Origin: an uncultured Devosia sp.
GTDB lineage: Bacteria; Pseudomonadota; Alphaproteobacteria; Rhizobiales; Devosiaceae
Assembly: GCA_964569865.1 (NCBI GenBank)
Contig: CAZMVQ010000005.1
Span: 1-48,693, forward strand
Length of the DNA stretch: 48,693 bases
Direction of reading: 5' to 3'
Numbering within the stretch: position 1 is the first letter of the stretch; each line of letters opens with the position of its first letter. The position numbers and the translations under genes were made by a program. Under the pieces are notes generated by a model. The model ran no database searches, had not been told where the DNA came from, and was given only the letters and a program-made list of their open reading frames with translations. This document shows, piece by piece, positions 9,872 to 19,954 of this stretch.

Positions 9872-9946
9872 CAAATCAGGCAATTTTGCTGCGTGCTTTG
9901 CAGGTAATATTTGATTTTTTGGGTTTTTAGTGCAAAAAACTCACTA

Positions 9947-10888
9947 ATGCAGATTTTATCGTTACAAATGTTTATTGCGGTTGCGCAGTGCGGCAGCTTC
10001 GCTGAAGTCGCTCGTTCGCTTAATAAAGACGCTTCGAGCATATCGCGGGCCATTGGCTCGCTTGAGCGTCAATTAAATGCAAAACTTTTTTCAAGAACCA
10101 CGCGCAAGGTTGAGCTGACGGCAGCAGGCGAAGTGTTTTTTGATCAGGTGGAACCGTTATTGCTGGGATTTGACGAGGCGCAAAAACTGATCCGCAAGGA
10201 TAAGCATATGGAGGCCGGCAGCTCTGTAAGCAAAGGGCATGTGCGCTTGTTCACTTCATCGGCGATGGGACAAAAAATTATTGTTCCTTTGTTGGCCAAG
10301 TTCAAAAAATCATTTCCCTCGCTTTCAATCGAGCTGGTGCTGGGTGAGGGCAATGTTGATCCTGGAGAAGAAAAATTTGATCTGGTGATCAGCTCGAACC
10401 AATTTTCGTCCTCCAAATTCATTTCGCAAAAGCTGGGTACTTCCAGCTCCATTATTTGCGCCAGCCCTGACTATCTTAAGGATTGTCCGCCATTGCGATC
10501 TCCGCAAAATCTCACCCAACATAAATGCCTGTTACAGCCCTTTACATGGCTTCAGACAGAATGGAAATTTTTTAGCAGGCTTGGTGATGCATCTGAACAA
10601 GCTCAGCAATCAGTTGTACCAACCGGGGAGGTTTTTATTTCAAATGATCTGGCGCGGCTAGAAGCCTGTATCCAAGGGTTGGGACCATCTTTGTTTGAGG
10701 ACTGGATGGTAAAAGAGCAAATTGAAAGCGGTGAGCTGGTCAATGTTTTTCCATTTCACCGGGTAACCTGTGGGGAGATTGAAGGTGATATCTGGTTGAT
10801 TTTCTCTCGCAGAAAATTTTTGCCTGAAAAAACCCGACTTGCCATCAGTTTTTTTAAGCACCATTTAGAAGCTGGACAGGAATACTAA
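9947..10888 (+). CDS. LysR-family transcriptional regulator
   Basis: The track ORF starts at 9911. The ATG at 9947 gives the canonical LysR N-terminus (MQILSLQMFIAVAQCGSFAEVARSLNKDASSISRAIGSLE). It is divergent from the MFS gene. Confidence 0.9.
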   Translation: MQILSLQMFIAVAQCGSFAEVARSLNKDASSISRAIGSLERQLNAKLFSRTTRKVELTAAGEVFFDQVEPLLLGFDEAQKLIRKDKHMEAGSSVSKGHVRLFTSSAMGQKIIVPLLAKFKKSFPSLSIELVLGEGNVDPGEEKFDLVISSNQFSSSKFISQKLGTSSSIICASPDYLKDCPPLRSPQNLTQHKCLLQPFTWLQTEWKFFSRLGDASEQAQQSVVPTGEVFISNDLARLEACIQGLGPSLFEDWMVKEQIESGELVNVFPFHRVTCGEIEGDIWLIFSRRKFLPEKTRLAISFFKHHLEAGQEY

Positions 10889-10907
10889 TTTTCACGAGGA
10901 GAAAAAA

Positions 10908-11126
10908 ATGATTATCTACAGGTTTTTAACCGGCGATGATGATGCGAAATTTTGTCACAAAGTGACAAAGGCCCTAAGTGAGGGCTGGCAGTTACAAGGG
11001 GATCCGCAATATACGGGAAGCCCGATATCAGGCCTTAGGTGCGGGCAGGCGGTGATTAAAAAAGTTGAAGATCAGCCCTATGACAAAGATAAAAAGCTTA
11101 CCGATTATCAGGATCACGATCTTTAA
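10908..11126 (+). CDS. Small DUF1737-like protein
   Basis: 72 aa with a strong SD (cacGAGGAGaaaaaaATG). The YRFLTGDDDAKFCHKVTKALSEGWQL pattern resembles the DUF1737 family, recalled from memory. Confidence 0.65.
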   Translation: MIIYRFLTGDDDAKFCHKVTKALSEGWQLQGDPQYTGSPISGLRCGQAVIKKVEDQPYDKDKKLTDYQDHDL

Positions 11127-11165
11127 TCGTGTTGACAGTTTGAATTCCATTTTGCATTTTTGGGT

Positions 11166-11732
11166 ATGATTACAAAATTCAACATCGCAGAACGGTTGGC
11201 TTTACGCCTTAAAGAAGCCCGCAAAAGCAAGGGGCTAAATCTTGAAGCCCTGAGCAATCTGTCGGGGGTTTCACGCTCTATGCTTTCACAAATTGAGCGG
11301 GGGGAGAGCAGTCCGACCGTGGCAACGCTGTGGAATTTAACGCGAGCATTGCAGGTTGATTTTGCCGGGTTGCTGGACGAGGGCGATGGGGAAAGCACCA
11401 TAAAAGAGATTATGCGGGCCAGCCGCACGCCCTCAATTGATAGTCAGGGCGAGGGGTGTCAAATTCATATTCTTAGTCCGCCGGATCAGGCAGGCGAGCT
11501 TGAAGTATATGAAATTACGTTTTCTGCCAACGGAAAGCTGATCAGCGAGCCGCACAGGCAGGGCTGTGTCGAGCATATGAGCGTGCTTGAGGGAACGCTA
11601 AAAGTTATTGCAGGCGATGAGGAGGCTGAACTATTTAAGGGTGATACCATTAGATATTGTGCCGATTGCCCCCATTCAATCCATGCAAATGCAAAGCCGG
11701 CCAAAGCTCTGCTGCTTGTTTACAATTCTTAG
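11166..11732 (+). CDS. XRE-family HTH regulator with C-terminal cupin domain
   Basis: It has an HTH_3 motif (LSNLSGVSRSMLSQIERGESSPTVATLWNLTRAL) plus a cupin-like C-terminus (VLEGTLKVIAGDEE..GDTIRY..PHSI). ATG 11166 is preferred over TTG 11160. Confidence 0.85.
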   Translation: MITKFNIAERLALRLKEARKSKGLNLEALSNLSGVSRSMLSQIERGESSPTVATLWNLTRALQVDFAGLLDEGDGESTIKEIMRASRTPSIDSQGEGCQIHILSPPDQAGELEVYEITFSANGKLISEPHRQGCVEHMSVLEGTLKVIAGDEEAELFKGDTIRYCADCPHSIHANAKPAKALLLVYNS

Positions 11733-11735
11733 AAA

Positions 11736-11768
11736 ATCCATTATATTGGATTAATATCCAGTATATTG
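11736..11768. promoter_or_regulatory. Operator-like repeats: ATCCAnTATATTG twice with 20-bp period, plus interlocking inverted repeats ATCCA/TGGAT
   Basis: Read directly from the sequence. It lies between the stop of the XRE-cupin gene and the kbl ATG at 11816. Confidence 0.35.
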
Positions 11769-11815
11769 AAAGCGCTCGCCAATGAAAATCGCGAGTGTGA
11801 AAGCTGAGGGTTTCC

Positions 11816-13021
11816 ATGACAAAATCATTCCATGATCACATCAGTGCCAGTTTACACGAAATTGAAACCGCAGGGCTTTATAAGCGCGAGCGTCAGATTG
11901 CTTCGCCTCAGGCCGGGCGCATTGATGTGCGGGTCGATGGCAAGATCCATGAGCGGGTCGTTAATCTTTGTGCCAATAATTATCTTGGCCTTGCTGATAA
12001 TCCCCGATTGATTAAGGCCGCAAAAACCGCCCTTGAAACAAAAGGTCTGGGTTTGGCGTCGGTAAGATTTATTTGTGGCACGCAGGAAGAGCATAAAGAG
12101 CTTGAGCAAAAGCTGGCCGGATTTTTAGGCAAAGACGATGCTATTTTGTTTGCCGCCTGTTTTGATGCCAATGGGGGATTATTTGAGCCTTTATTGAATG
12201 GCGAAGATGCGATTATTTCAGATGCGCTCAACCATGCCTCGATTATTGATGGAATTAGATTGTGTAAGGCCAAGCGCTATCGTTATGCAAATTCTGACAT
12301 GGCGGATCTTGAAGCGCGTTTGATTGAGGCCAAAGAAGCCGGGGCGCGATATATTATGATTGCCACCGACGGGGTATTCTCCATGGATGGGCATCTGGCC
12401 AAACTGCCTCAGATTACGCAATTGGCAAAAAAATATGATGCAATCGTAATGGTGGATGATTGCCATGCCACGGGTTTTATGGGGCCTGAGGGAAGGGGAA
12501 CGCCTGCCCATTTTAATGTGGCAGAGGGAGTGGATATTCTCACAGGCACGCTTGGCAAGGCGCTGGGCGGATCTATGGGCGGATATATTGCAGGCTCCCA
12601 ACCGGTAATTGATATGTTGCGGCAGCGGGCGCGGCCATATTTGTTTTCCAATTCCCTTCCGCCCATGATCGTGGCAGCCGGGCTGGAGGCCCTTGATCTG
12701 GTTGAAGAAAGTGATGACCTGCGAACCAAATTGTTTGAAAATACCAGGTTCTGGCGTGCCGGGCTTGAAAAATTGGGATTTGACCTGCCGTCAGGGGAGC
12801 ACCCGATTGTACCGGTTATGCTGGGGGATGCAAAACTGGCTCAGGCGATGGCGGCGCAGTTGTTTGAGCAGGGTATTTTTGTCGCCGGGTTCTTTTTTCC
12901 CGTGGTGCCCAAGGGCACTGCACGTATTCGTACCCAGATGAGCGCCGCTTTAAGCACAAATGATCTTGAATTTGCGCTGGCAGCGTTTGAAAAGTGCGGT
13001 AAAGCACTGGAGGTGATCTGA
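11816..13021 (+). CDS. kbl: 2-amino-3-ketobutyrate CoA ligase (glycine C-acetyltransferase)
   Basis: 401 aa. It has alpha-oxoamine synthase motifs ([22 protein letters not shown] with the PLP lysine). Confidence 0.93.
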   Translation: MTKSFHDHISASLHEIETAGLYKRERQIASPQAGRIDVRVDGKIHERVVNLCANNYLGLADNPRLIKAAKTALETKGLGLASVRFICGTQEEHKELEQKLAGFLGKDDAILFAACFDANGGLFEPLLNGEDAIISDALNHASIIDGIRLCKAKRYRYANSDMADLEARLIEAKEAGARYIMIATDGVFSMDGHLAKLPQITQLAKKYDAIVMVDDCHATGFMGPEGRGTPAHFNVAEGVDILTGTLGKALGGSMGGYIAGSQPVIDMLRQRARPYLFSNSLPPMIVAAGLEALDLVEESDDLRTKLFENTRFWRAGLEKLGFDLPSGEHPIVPVMLGDAKLAQAMAAQLFEQGIFVAGFFFPVVPKGTARIRTQMSAALSTNDLEFALAAFEKCGKALEVI

Positions 13022-14067
13022 TGGGTCTCTCCAATGGCATGAAGGCGCTTGTTAAGGCTAAGCCGGTTGAAGGGTTGTGGATGCAACACGAGCCGGTGCC
13101 GGAAATCGGTTTGGATGATGTTCTTATCAAGATCAAAAAAACCGGAATTTGCGGCACAGATATTCATATATGGAACTGGGATGAATGGTCGCAAAAAACC
13201 GTTCCGGTTCCTTTGATAACCGGCCATGAATTTGCCGGTGAAATTGTTGCAATGGGCAGCAATGTTACAGATTTGAGCATTGGCCAGCGGGTAACCGGAG
13301 AGGGGCATCTCATCGGCAACAAGAGCCGGGCCAGTCGGTCCGGTAAGTTTCATCTTGACCCGCAAACCCGCGGGATCGGAGTAAATGAAAATGGTGCCTT
13401 TGCGCAATATTTGCGCCTGCCAGCTTTTAATGTGGTGCCATTGCCTGACAATATCAGTGATGAAATCGGTGCAATTTTAGATCCGTTGGGCAATGCTGTT
13501 CATACGGCACTGTCGTTTGATCTGGTGGGCGAGGATGTTTTGATAACTGGTGCCGGACCGATTGGAATAATGGCGGCTGCGGTGGCCAAGCATATCGGGG
13601 CGCGCAATGTTGTGATTACCGATATCAATCAGGACAGGCTGGATCTGGCGCGCAAAGTTGCCAATGTCACCGCCGTCAATGTCTCCACATCCGATCTGAA
13701 TGATATTTCGAGCGAGTTGGGGATTGTTGAAGGTTTTGATGTGGGGCTGGAGATGAGCGGTTCGCAAATCGCGCTGGATCAGATGATCGAGGAGATGATC
13801 ATCGGGGGGCGCATCGCCATGCTGGGCATTCCGCCGGGCAAATCAGCCGTTGACTGGTCAAAGATTGTTCTAAAGTCCATCACCATCAAAGGGGTTTATG
13901 GGCGCGAGATATTTGAGACATGGTATAAAATGTTGGCCATGTTGCAAAATGGTCTGGATGTCAGCGCTGTCATAACCCACCGCTTCAAAGTTGATGAATT
14001 TGAAGCAGGGTTTGCCGCGATGAAATCCGGCTCCAGCGGCAAAGTAGTGTTGGACTGGATGGAGTAA
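13021..14067 (+). CDS. tdh: L-threonine 3-dehydrogenase
   Basis: It has Zn-ADH motifs ([33 protein letters not shown]). ATG 13021 overlaps the kbl stop (TGATG). ATG 13039 (MKALVK...) is an alternative start. Confidence 0.93.
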   Translation: MGLSNGMKALVKAKPVEGLWMQHEPVPEIGLDDVLIKIKKTGICGTDIHIWNWDEWSQKTVPVPLITGHEFAGEIVAMGSNVTDLSIGQRVTGEGHLIGNKSRASRSGKFHLDPQTRGIGVNENGAFAQYLRLPAFNVVPLPDNISDEIGAILDPLGNAVHTALSFDLVGEDVLITGAGPIGIMAAAVAKHIGARNVVITDINQDRLDLARKVANVTAVNVSTSDLNDISSELGIVEGFDVGLEMSGSQIALDQMIEEMIIGGRIAMLGIPPGKSAVDWSKIVLKSITIKGVYGREIFETWYKMLAMLQNGLDVSAVITHRFKVDEFEAGFAAMKSGSSGKVVLDWME

Positions 14068-14113
14068 ATCTCGTCAGAACCCGATAATGCATATTAGTCA
14101 GTCTGTTAGTGTT

Positions 14114-14530
14114 TTAAGGGCTGACTTTCCACCTTCCCCAAAATACAAACAGGGACAATGCCAGCAAAATTGAATTTATCTGTATGGTCGAGCTGGTTTC
14201 CCCAAGATTGGCGTGGACAATAATCGCTAAAACCTGAATGGTGGCAAAGCCAATGGCGGCCAGTGGTGTCAGCCAGGGCAAAATTTTTGTTGCTGTGGGC
14301 AGTATAACTGCCAGTGCACCGATTATTTCAATGGCGCCGATCAGTCTTGGCAACCAAGCAGGGGAAGCGGCGACAAAGCGCATTGTTTCTGTAAGATCTG
14401 AAATCGGCATGGTCAATTTCACGGCCCCAAACATTCCAAATATCAATGCCAGCAGAATTTGAGCGCACCAGATTACGATGGATTTGCCATTTGATTTTGG
14501 GCTATCTACAATTTCGTTGCTGTTTGTCAT
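14114..14530 (-). CDS. DoxX-family membrane protein
   Basis: The track ORF extends to 14683. ATG 14530 (MTNSNEIV...) gives a 138-aa four-TM protein with a DoxX-like LLALIFGMFGAVKL motif. Confidence 0.8.
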   Translation of the reverse strand: MTNSNEIVDSPKSNGKSIVIWCAQILLALIFGMFGAVKLTMPISDLTETMRFVAASPAWLPRLIGAIEIIGALAVILPTATKILPWLTPLAAIGFATIQVLAIIVHANLGETSSTIQINSILLALSLFVFWGRWKVSP

Positions 14531-14817
14531 GTGGTCCAGTTCCGTAAGTTTTCCTGATTTTTGTGGCCATATATATGTTTGAAACACCATATTACACAAG
14601 AAGATTTGTTGTGTTCTCATGGGATTTTGAACACATAAAGCAGGTTTGGTGCAACGGGATGGTAAATAACGAGCCGGATCCATTCCGACCTAGCCTTTGA
14701 CGAATCTTTTGAAGCCGGTTAATAAGACTGGAGCGCCCAATTTCTCCGTTCAAAAATTTGTAATTTCATTGGTTTTTTGGAAATTAAGGCACTATATTCT
14801 TCTAGCGAGGTTTTGGC

Positions 14818-15246
14818 ATGAGCCAATCACAAAGGCCCCATTCAGTAAGTTCCGATTCCGAGCGATCTCAATCGGGGCGGCCATTATCTCCGCATCTGGA
14901 GATTTATCAGTTTTCATTGACTATGGCGCTTTCGATTTTGCATCGGATAACCGGGGTGGGTCTTTATATGGGCACTGCTCTTTTGGCCTTTTGGCTAATT
15001 GCAGCGGCCATGGGACCAACTCAGCTTGATCTGGTTTATATGATTATGGGCAACTGGTTTGGGCAATTGATCATGCTTGGATTTACCTGGGCACTGTTTC
15101 AGCACATGCTTGGCGGTATTAAACATTTCATTTGGGATGTGGGGGCTGGGCTGGAGCCAGATCAGCGCAAAGCTCTTTCGTGGTTCACCATTATTGGGGG
15201 AGTGATTTTAACCGCTCTTACGTGGACGTTTTTTGTATGGATTTAG
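14818..15246 (+). CDS. sdhC: Succinate dehydrogenase cytochrome b556 subunit
   Basis: 142 aa. It has the RPLSPHLEIYQFSLTMALSILHRITG motif. Confidence 0.9.
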   Translation: MSQSQRPHSVSSDSERSQSGRPLSPHLEIYQFSLTMALSILHRITGVGLYMGTALLAFWLIAAAMGPTQLDLVYMIMGNWFGQLIMLGFTWALFQHMLGGIKHFIWDVGAGLEPDQRKALSWFTIIGGVILTALTWTFFVWI

Positions 15247-15257
15247 GAATTTAAAGC

Positions 15258-15638
15258 ATGGGCATGCGCACTCCATTTGCAATCATTTCGGGCAGTGGCT
15301 CTATAAAACAGGGTACCACGCATTTTTGGCATCAGCGACTAACCGCGCTGGCCAATGTTCCCCTGACCCTGTTTCTGGTCTGGCTGGTGGCTCGGCTGGC
15401 AGGCGCAGACCGGGCTGAAATGATTGAAGTAATTTCCAACCCTGTTATTGCCGGGGTGATTGTTTTGGCAATAATCGGGATATTCTGGCACATGGCGCTT
15501 GGCATGCAGGTGGTCATTGAAGATTATGTACATTCAGAAGGCATGAAAATATTTCTTATTATTTTCAATAATTTTTTTGCGTTTGCAATTGGTGCCTTAA
15601 GCATAGTTGCCGTGTTAATGCTGGGTTTTGGGGGCTGA
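15258..15638 (+). CDS. sdhD: Succinate dehydrogenase hydrophobic membrane anchor subunit
   Basis: 126 aa with three TM segments. It has HFWHQRLTA and sits between sdhC and sdhA. Confidence 0.9.
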   Translation: MGMRTPFAIISGSGSIKQGTTHFWHQRLTALANVPLTLFLVWLVARLAGADRAEMIEVISNPVIAGVIVLAIIGIFWHMALGMQVVIEDYVHSEGMKIFLIIFNNFFAFAIGALSIVAVLMLGFGG

Positions 15639-15642
15639 TCAA

Positions 15643-17448
15643 ATGGCAATGAAAGATGGATATGAAATCATTGACCATGAATTTGATGTGGTTGTTGTCG
15701 GGGCTGGTGGGGCAGGTCTTCGCGCGACCCTTGGCATGGCTGAGCAGGGGCTAAAAACCGCCTGCATTACAAAAGTATTTCCCACCCGCTCCCATACCGT
15801 GGCAGCTCAAGGGGGCATTGCGGCCTCTCTTTCCAACATGGGCGAAGATAGCTGGCAGTGGCATATGTATGACACAGTCAAGGGATCTGACTGGCTGGGT
15901 GATAATGATGCCATGGAGTATCTGGCTCGCGAGGCGCCAAAAGCTGTTTATGAGCTTGAGCATTACGGAGTGCCGTTTTCGCGCACTGAAGAGGGCAAGA
16001 TTTATCAGCGTCCGTTTGGTGGACATATGCAAAATTATGGGGATGGGCCGCCCGTGCAGCGTACCTGTGCAGCGGCCGATCGTACGGGACATGCGATTTT
16101 GCACACGCTTTATGGGCAGTCTCTAAGGCATAACGCGCAGTTTTTTATCGAGTATTTCGCTCTTGATCTATTGATGGGCGAAGATGGGACCTGTCAGGGC
16201 ATTGTCGCCTGGAAATTGGACGATGGCACTATTCATCGTTTCCGCGCCAAAATGGTGGTGCTTGCTACCGGGGGATATGGGCGCACGTATTTTTCAGCCA
16301 CTTCTGCCCATACCTGCACCGGGGACGGTAATGGCATGGTGGCACGGGCCGGTCTGCCCTTGCAGGATATGGAATTTGTGCAATTTCATCCCACCGGAGT
16401 TTATGGGGCCGGAGTTCTGATCACCGAGGGCGCTCGCGGCGAGGGGGGCTATCTGACTAATTCTGAGGGTGAGCGCTTTATGGAGCGCTATGCGCCTAAC
16501 GCCAAAGATTTGGCTTCAAGAGATGTGGTTAGTCGCTGCATGACTTTGGAAATTCGCGAGGGGCGCGGGGTTGGTCCCAAAAAAGATCATATACATTTGC
16601 ATCTTGATCATCTGGACCCCAAAGTTCTGGCGGAGAGATTGCCCGGAATTTCCGAGAGTGCAAAAATCTTTGCCGGGGTCGATCTTACCCGTGAGCCAAT
16701 TCCGGTTATTCCAACAGCCCATTATAATATGGGCGGCATCCCCACCAATTATCATGGGGAAGCATTAAACCCGACGCCACAAAATCCGGACGCAATTGTT
16801 GATGGCCTGATGGCGGTTGGCGAAGCGGGCTGTGCATCGGTTCACGGGGCAAATCGCCTAGGCTCAAATTCGCTGATTGATCTGGTGGTTTTTGGACGGG
16901 CGGCAGCTATCAGGGCTGGAAAAACCATCGACAGAAATGCGGCAATTCCCGAAGTTAATCAAAAATCATTTGATAAAATCCTTGGCCATTTTGATAATAT
17001 GCGCAATGCGAGCGGCAAATATTCAACAGCGCAATTGCGTGATAGAATGCAGGTCACCATGCAGGAGGATGCGGCGGTATTTAGAACTGAAGAAACCCTA
17101 AAACAAGGGGTTTCACGCATGCGCGATATCCAGCGGGACATGGATGAAATTAAAGTTTCTGACCGCTCGATGATCTGGAATTCAGATCTTGTGGAGGCAT
17201 TGGAGCTGGAAAACCTGATGGCCAATGCTTTAACCACTGTGGTTAGTGCAGAGGCGCGCCATGAAAGCAGGGGCGCTCATGCGCGGGAAGATTATTCCGA
17301 GCGGGATGATAAAAACTGGCGCAAGCACACTTTGGCGCGCATGGATGAAAAGGGAAATGTTGCTCTTGACTACCGTCCGGTGCATGTTGAACTTTTAAGC
17401 GATGGCATAGATATTGCAAAAATTGCTCCAAAAAAGCGGGTGTACTAA
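15643..17448 (+). CDS. sdhA: Succinate dehydrogenase flavoprotein subunit
   Basis: ATG 15643 follows the sdhD stop. It has [27 protein letters not shown] (FAD-linking His) and HYNMGG motifs. Confidence 0.97.
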   Translation: MAMKDGYEIIDHEFDVVVVGAGGAGLRATLGMAEQGLKTACITKVFPTRSHTVAAQGGIAASLSNMGEDSWQWHMYDTVKGSDWLGDNDAMEYLAREAPKAVYELEHYGVPFSRTEEGKIYQRPFGGHMQNYGDGPPVQRTCAAADRTGHAILHTLYGQSLRHNAQFFIEYFALDLLMGEDGTCQGIVAWKLDDGTIHRFRAKMVVLATGGYGRTYFSATSAHTCTGDGNGMVARAGLPLQDMEFVQFHPTGVYGAGVLITEGARGEGGYLTNSEGERFMERYAPNAKDLASRDVVSRCMTLEIREGRGVGPKKDHIHLHLDHLDPKVLAERLPGISESAKIFAGVDLTREPIPVIPTAHYNMGGIPTNYHGEALNPTPQNPDAIVDGLMAVGEAGCASVHGANRLGSNSLIDLVVFGRAAAIRAGKTIDRNAAIPEVNQKSFDKILGHFDNMRNASGKYSTAQLRDRMQVTMQEDAAVFRTEETLKQGVSRMRDIQRDMDEIKVSDRSMIWNSDLVEALELENLMANALTTVVSAEARHESRGAHAREDYSERDDKNWRKHTLARMDEKGNVALDYRPVHVELLSDGIDIAKIAPKKRVY

Positions 17449-17580
17449 AAAGCAGACCTGTTGAGAGAGATAAAATTTTAAGCCCTGTTTGGTGGCTTTA
17501 TTTGACTTTAGAGGGGATTTGCGGCGAGTTCCACAAAGGAGAAAACTCCTAAAGGGACTAAAATGAAGGAGAGAAGTAAA

Positions 17581-17850
17581 ATGAAGAAAATTATTGTAGC
17601 GGGATTTGTAGCAACGGGCATGCTGCTTTCTGTAACCTCAATTGCATCTGCCCATACATTACGTGAGTGCATGGTTGACAAGGCGGCGGTCGAGTTAACC
17701 GCCGGGCAGCTTGCTTTGTTCAAGGCCCATGGGGATGGCGAAATCAACATCCTTTCCACAGCGGTGGATAATAATATGAATCCGCTGGACAGTGCCAGAG
17801 TGCATGCGATGCTTTGGGCAACCGGTGCCTCCTGCTCTTTGGGCGGATAG
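17581..17850 (+). CDS. Small secreted hypothetical protein inserted between sdhA and sdhB
   Basis: It has an SD (AAGGAGAgaagtaaaATG) and a signal peptide (MKKIIVAGFVATGMLLSVTSIASA|HT). The mature part is ~65 aa with 2 Cys. I recognise no homolog. Confidence 0.55.
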   Translation: MKKIIVAGFVATGMLLSVTSIASAHTLRECMVDKAAVELTAGQLALFKAHGDGEINILSTAVDNNMNPLDSARVHAMLWATGASCSLGG

Positions 17851-17871
17851 GCAATCTGACCAATCAAAAGA

Positions 17872-17898
17872 TGCGGCTGTCGTTAACCGGCAGCCGCA
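17872..17898 (+). other. Perfect 8-bp stem hairpin (tgcggctg-N11-cagccgca) after the small ORF
   Basis: Read directly from the sequence. No U-tract follows, so it is more likely an mRNA-structure element than an intrinsic terminator. Confidence 0.35.
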
Positions 17899-17929
17899 CC
17901 TCATTTAATCAAAAAACAGAATTGATCTT

Positions 17930-18706
17930 ATGGTCGAATTAAAACTTCCACAAAAATCACGGCCGACAGAAGGCAAAATCTGGCCAAAGCCAGAGGGTGG
18001 TAAAATTCAGGAATATCGGGTTTACCGTTATAACCCGGATGATAACCAAAATCCGCGCATTGACACTTTTTATGTGAATATTGATGAATGCGGGCCTATG
18101 GTTCTGGATGGTTTGTTATGGATTAAAAACAATGTTGATCCAAAACTGGCCCTAAGACGCTCTTGCCGGGAGGGGGTTTGTGGCTCGTGTGCCATGAATG
18201 TGGATGGATTAAACACCCTTGCCTGCACTAAAAGTGCTGACGAAATTTCGGGAACGGTCAAAATATTTCCCTTGCCCCATCTGCAGGTGATCAAGGATCT
18301 GGTGCCTGATCTGGATAATTTTTTTGCTCAACATCGCTCCATTGAGCCGTGGTTGAAAACCACTACTCCGGCCCCGGGAGATGAATGGAAGCAATCAGAA
18401 GCTGCCCGGATGAAACTTGACGGGCTTTATGAATGTATTCTTTGTGCGTGCTGTTCAACTTCTTGTCCCAGTTATTGGTGGAACGGGGATCGCTATCTGG
18501 GACCAGCGGTTTTATTGCAGGCCTATCGCTGGCTGATTGATAGCAGGGACGAGGCAACCGGGGAGAGGCTGGATAATCTGGAAGACCCTTTTCGGCTATA
18601 TCGTTGTCATACCATCATGAATTGCTCCAACACCTGCCCCAAGGGATTAAATCCGGCCAAGGCGATTGTTGAAATTAAAAAAATGATGGTTGAAAGACGG
18701 ATTTGA
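17930..18706 (+). CDS. sdhB: Succinate dehydrogenase iron-sulfur subunit
   Basis: 258 aa. It has three Fe-S Cys clusters ([36 protein letters not shown]). Confidence 0.97.
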   Translation: MVELKLPQKSRPTEGKIWPKPEGGKIQEYRVYRYNPDDNQNPRIDTFYVNIDECGPMVLDGLLWIKNNVDPKLALRRSCREGVCGSCAMNVDGLNTLACTKSADEISGTVKIFPLPHLQVIKDLVPDLDNFFAQHRSIEPWLKTTTPAPGDEWKQSEAARMKLDGLYECILCACCSTSCPSYWWNGDRYLGPAVLLQAYRWLIDSRDEATGERLDNLEDPFRLYRCHTIMNCSNTCPKGLNPAKAIVEIKKMMVERRI

Positions 18707-18712
18707 AAATAG

Positions 18713-18940
18713 ATGGCAATGGATAGTTTTGAAACCATTTTAACCCATCATGACCCCGATATATTACGGGTGATTATTGTTGCGTTGAAGGCTCACGGGT
18801 TTCACCCCCATGAGGGTGGTTCGAGCGGATTGCCGGGATTAACAACACCAAACGGGGCCGGAATAATGGTGCCCAAAGGGGAGGCTGATGATGCAAAGAT
18901 ATTGGCTGGGGCCCTGCTTGAAGAAATGAGCAATCAATAA
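18713..18940 (+). CDS. Small hypothetical protein (possibly DUF2007-like)
   Basis: 75-aa ORF starting 7 nt after the sdhB stop. The family assignment is only a weak impression. Confidence 0.45.
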   Translation: MAMDSFETILTHHDPDILRVIIVALKAHGFHPHEGGSSGLPGLTTPNGAGIMVPKGEADDAKILAGALLEEMSNQ

Positions 18941-19185
18941 GTTTTTAGATATTTCCCTAAAGGCGCCACATTAGGGGCTTTTAAGGATGGACGGCGTATT
19001 GAGCTTGAATGCTTAAAAGGCAATTTGACCGGTCTGAAATGCAATAAAATGCGGGCTGGTGAAAACCAAAGAATTGAGCTAATAGGCCGTGCGGTGGGCA
19101 AAACATTTTGGGGCGTCAAATTGATGCAAGTTTTTGCTGATACTCTATGGGGTGTCAGATATCCCCGAATTCATGGGCAGATGAA

Positions 19186-19851
19186 ATGAATATTAGTCAA
19201 CAATCTTTCTTAAAACTAGTCGCAGCGATTGGCCTTACCGGAGTAATTTCGGCTTGTGCCAGTTCGTCACCTTTTTCTGATTCCAGACGATTTTCCAGTC
19301 CGCCGCCGCCATTGGCACCGGTTGCCGGATCAAACGTGCAAAATTCCGAATTGCCTCCATTGGGCGAAGAATTGACAGCTGATCCCTTGCTGGCACAGCA
19401 AAACGGCTCTCAAACTCTGGGCTTTCCCGTTGATGGGCTAGTGTCCAGAGATCCGCTTTTAGCTTCAAATCAGGTTGGTAATGATATTAACGGGGGTGAA
19501 GGATCGTTTGTGGCAATTGACCCAAGCGGCATCCCGACAAACGTGCAGGCGCGCGATATTGGCGGTAGTTTAACCGTTCAGAGCATGCTTGGGGTGTGGA
19601 CGGCGATCTCCGGTGCAAATACATGTCGTGTCAATCTCACCCAGACTTCGAAGCAGGGAACGGATCGCAACCGGGCCTCGGCGCCCAATTGCCCGATAAG
19701 CGTTCTGGCCTCGCTGGCGTCATGGAAACTCGTTGGTTCACAAGTGCAGTTTTTCAACGATAATGGACAGATCATTGGAACAATGCTGCGCAGCGGAAAT
19801 CGTTTTCTTGGAACTCTGGCCGGCGGTCAGGGCATCTCTATGGCCGGCTAG
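19186..19851 (+). CDS. Omp19-like outer-membrane lipoprotein (Inh/AprI protease-inhibitor family)
   Basis: ATG 19186 gives a lipobox (LTGVISAC). It has a Pro-rich linker (SPPPPLAP). Its C-terminal domain resembles Brucella Omp19 (GVWTA..C.V.L.Q....C.....LASW...G.Q...). Confidence 0.8.
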   Translation: MNISQQSFLKLVAAIGLTGVISACASSSPFSDSRRFSSPPPPLAPVAGSNVQNSELPPLGEELTADPLLAQQNGSQTLGFPVDGLVSRDPLLASNQVGNDINGGEGSFVAIDPSGIPTNVQARDIGGSLTVQSMLGVWTAISGANTCRVNLTQTSKQGTDRNRASAPNCPISVLASLASWKLVGSQVQFFNDNGQIIGTMLRSGNRFLGTLAGGQGISMAG

Positions 19852-19880
19852 GATCTGGGCCGGTTAGAATCTGGGCCGGT
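19849..19880. repeat. 16-bp tandem duplication (taggatctgggccggt / tagaatctgggccggt) starting with the stop codon
   Basis: Read directly from the sequence; 15 of 16 positions are identical. Copy 1 begins with the TAG stop of the Omp19-like gene. A degenerate third copy follows. Confidence 0.8.
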
Positions 19881-19954
19881 AATGTCTAGGTCAGGGCCAG
19901 AAATCGGCTTGTTTTGGGGGAAAAATTGAGCGGATATCGGGTTTGAAAGCAAGT

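Noticed and set aside
14531-14683. 51-codon N-terminal extension of the DoxX ORF
   Set aside because: The extension is not hydrophobic or DoxX-like and would run into the sdhC promoter region. ATG 14530 gives a protein of typical DoxX size.
17508-17867. 119-aa minus-strand ORF in the sdhA-sdhB gap
   Set aside because: It is opposite in orientation to the whole operon and has no SD. The plus-strand ORF has a strong SD and a textbook signal peptide.
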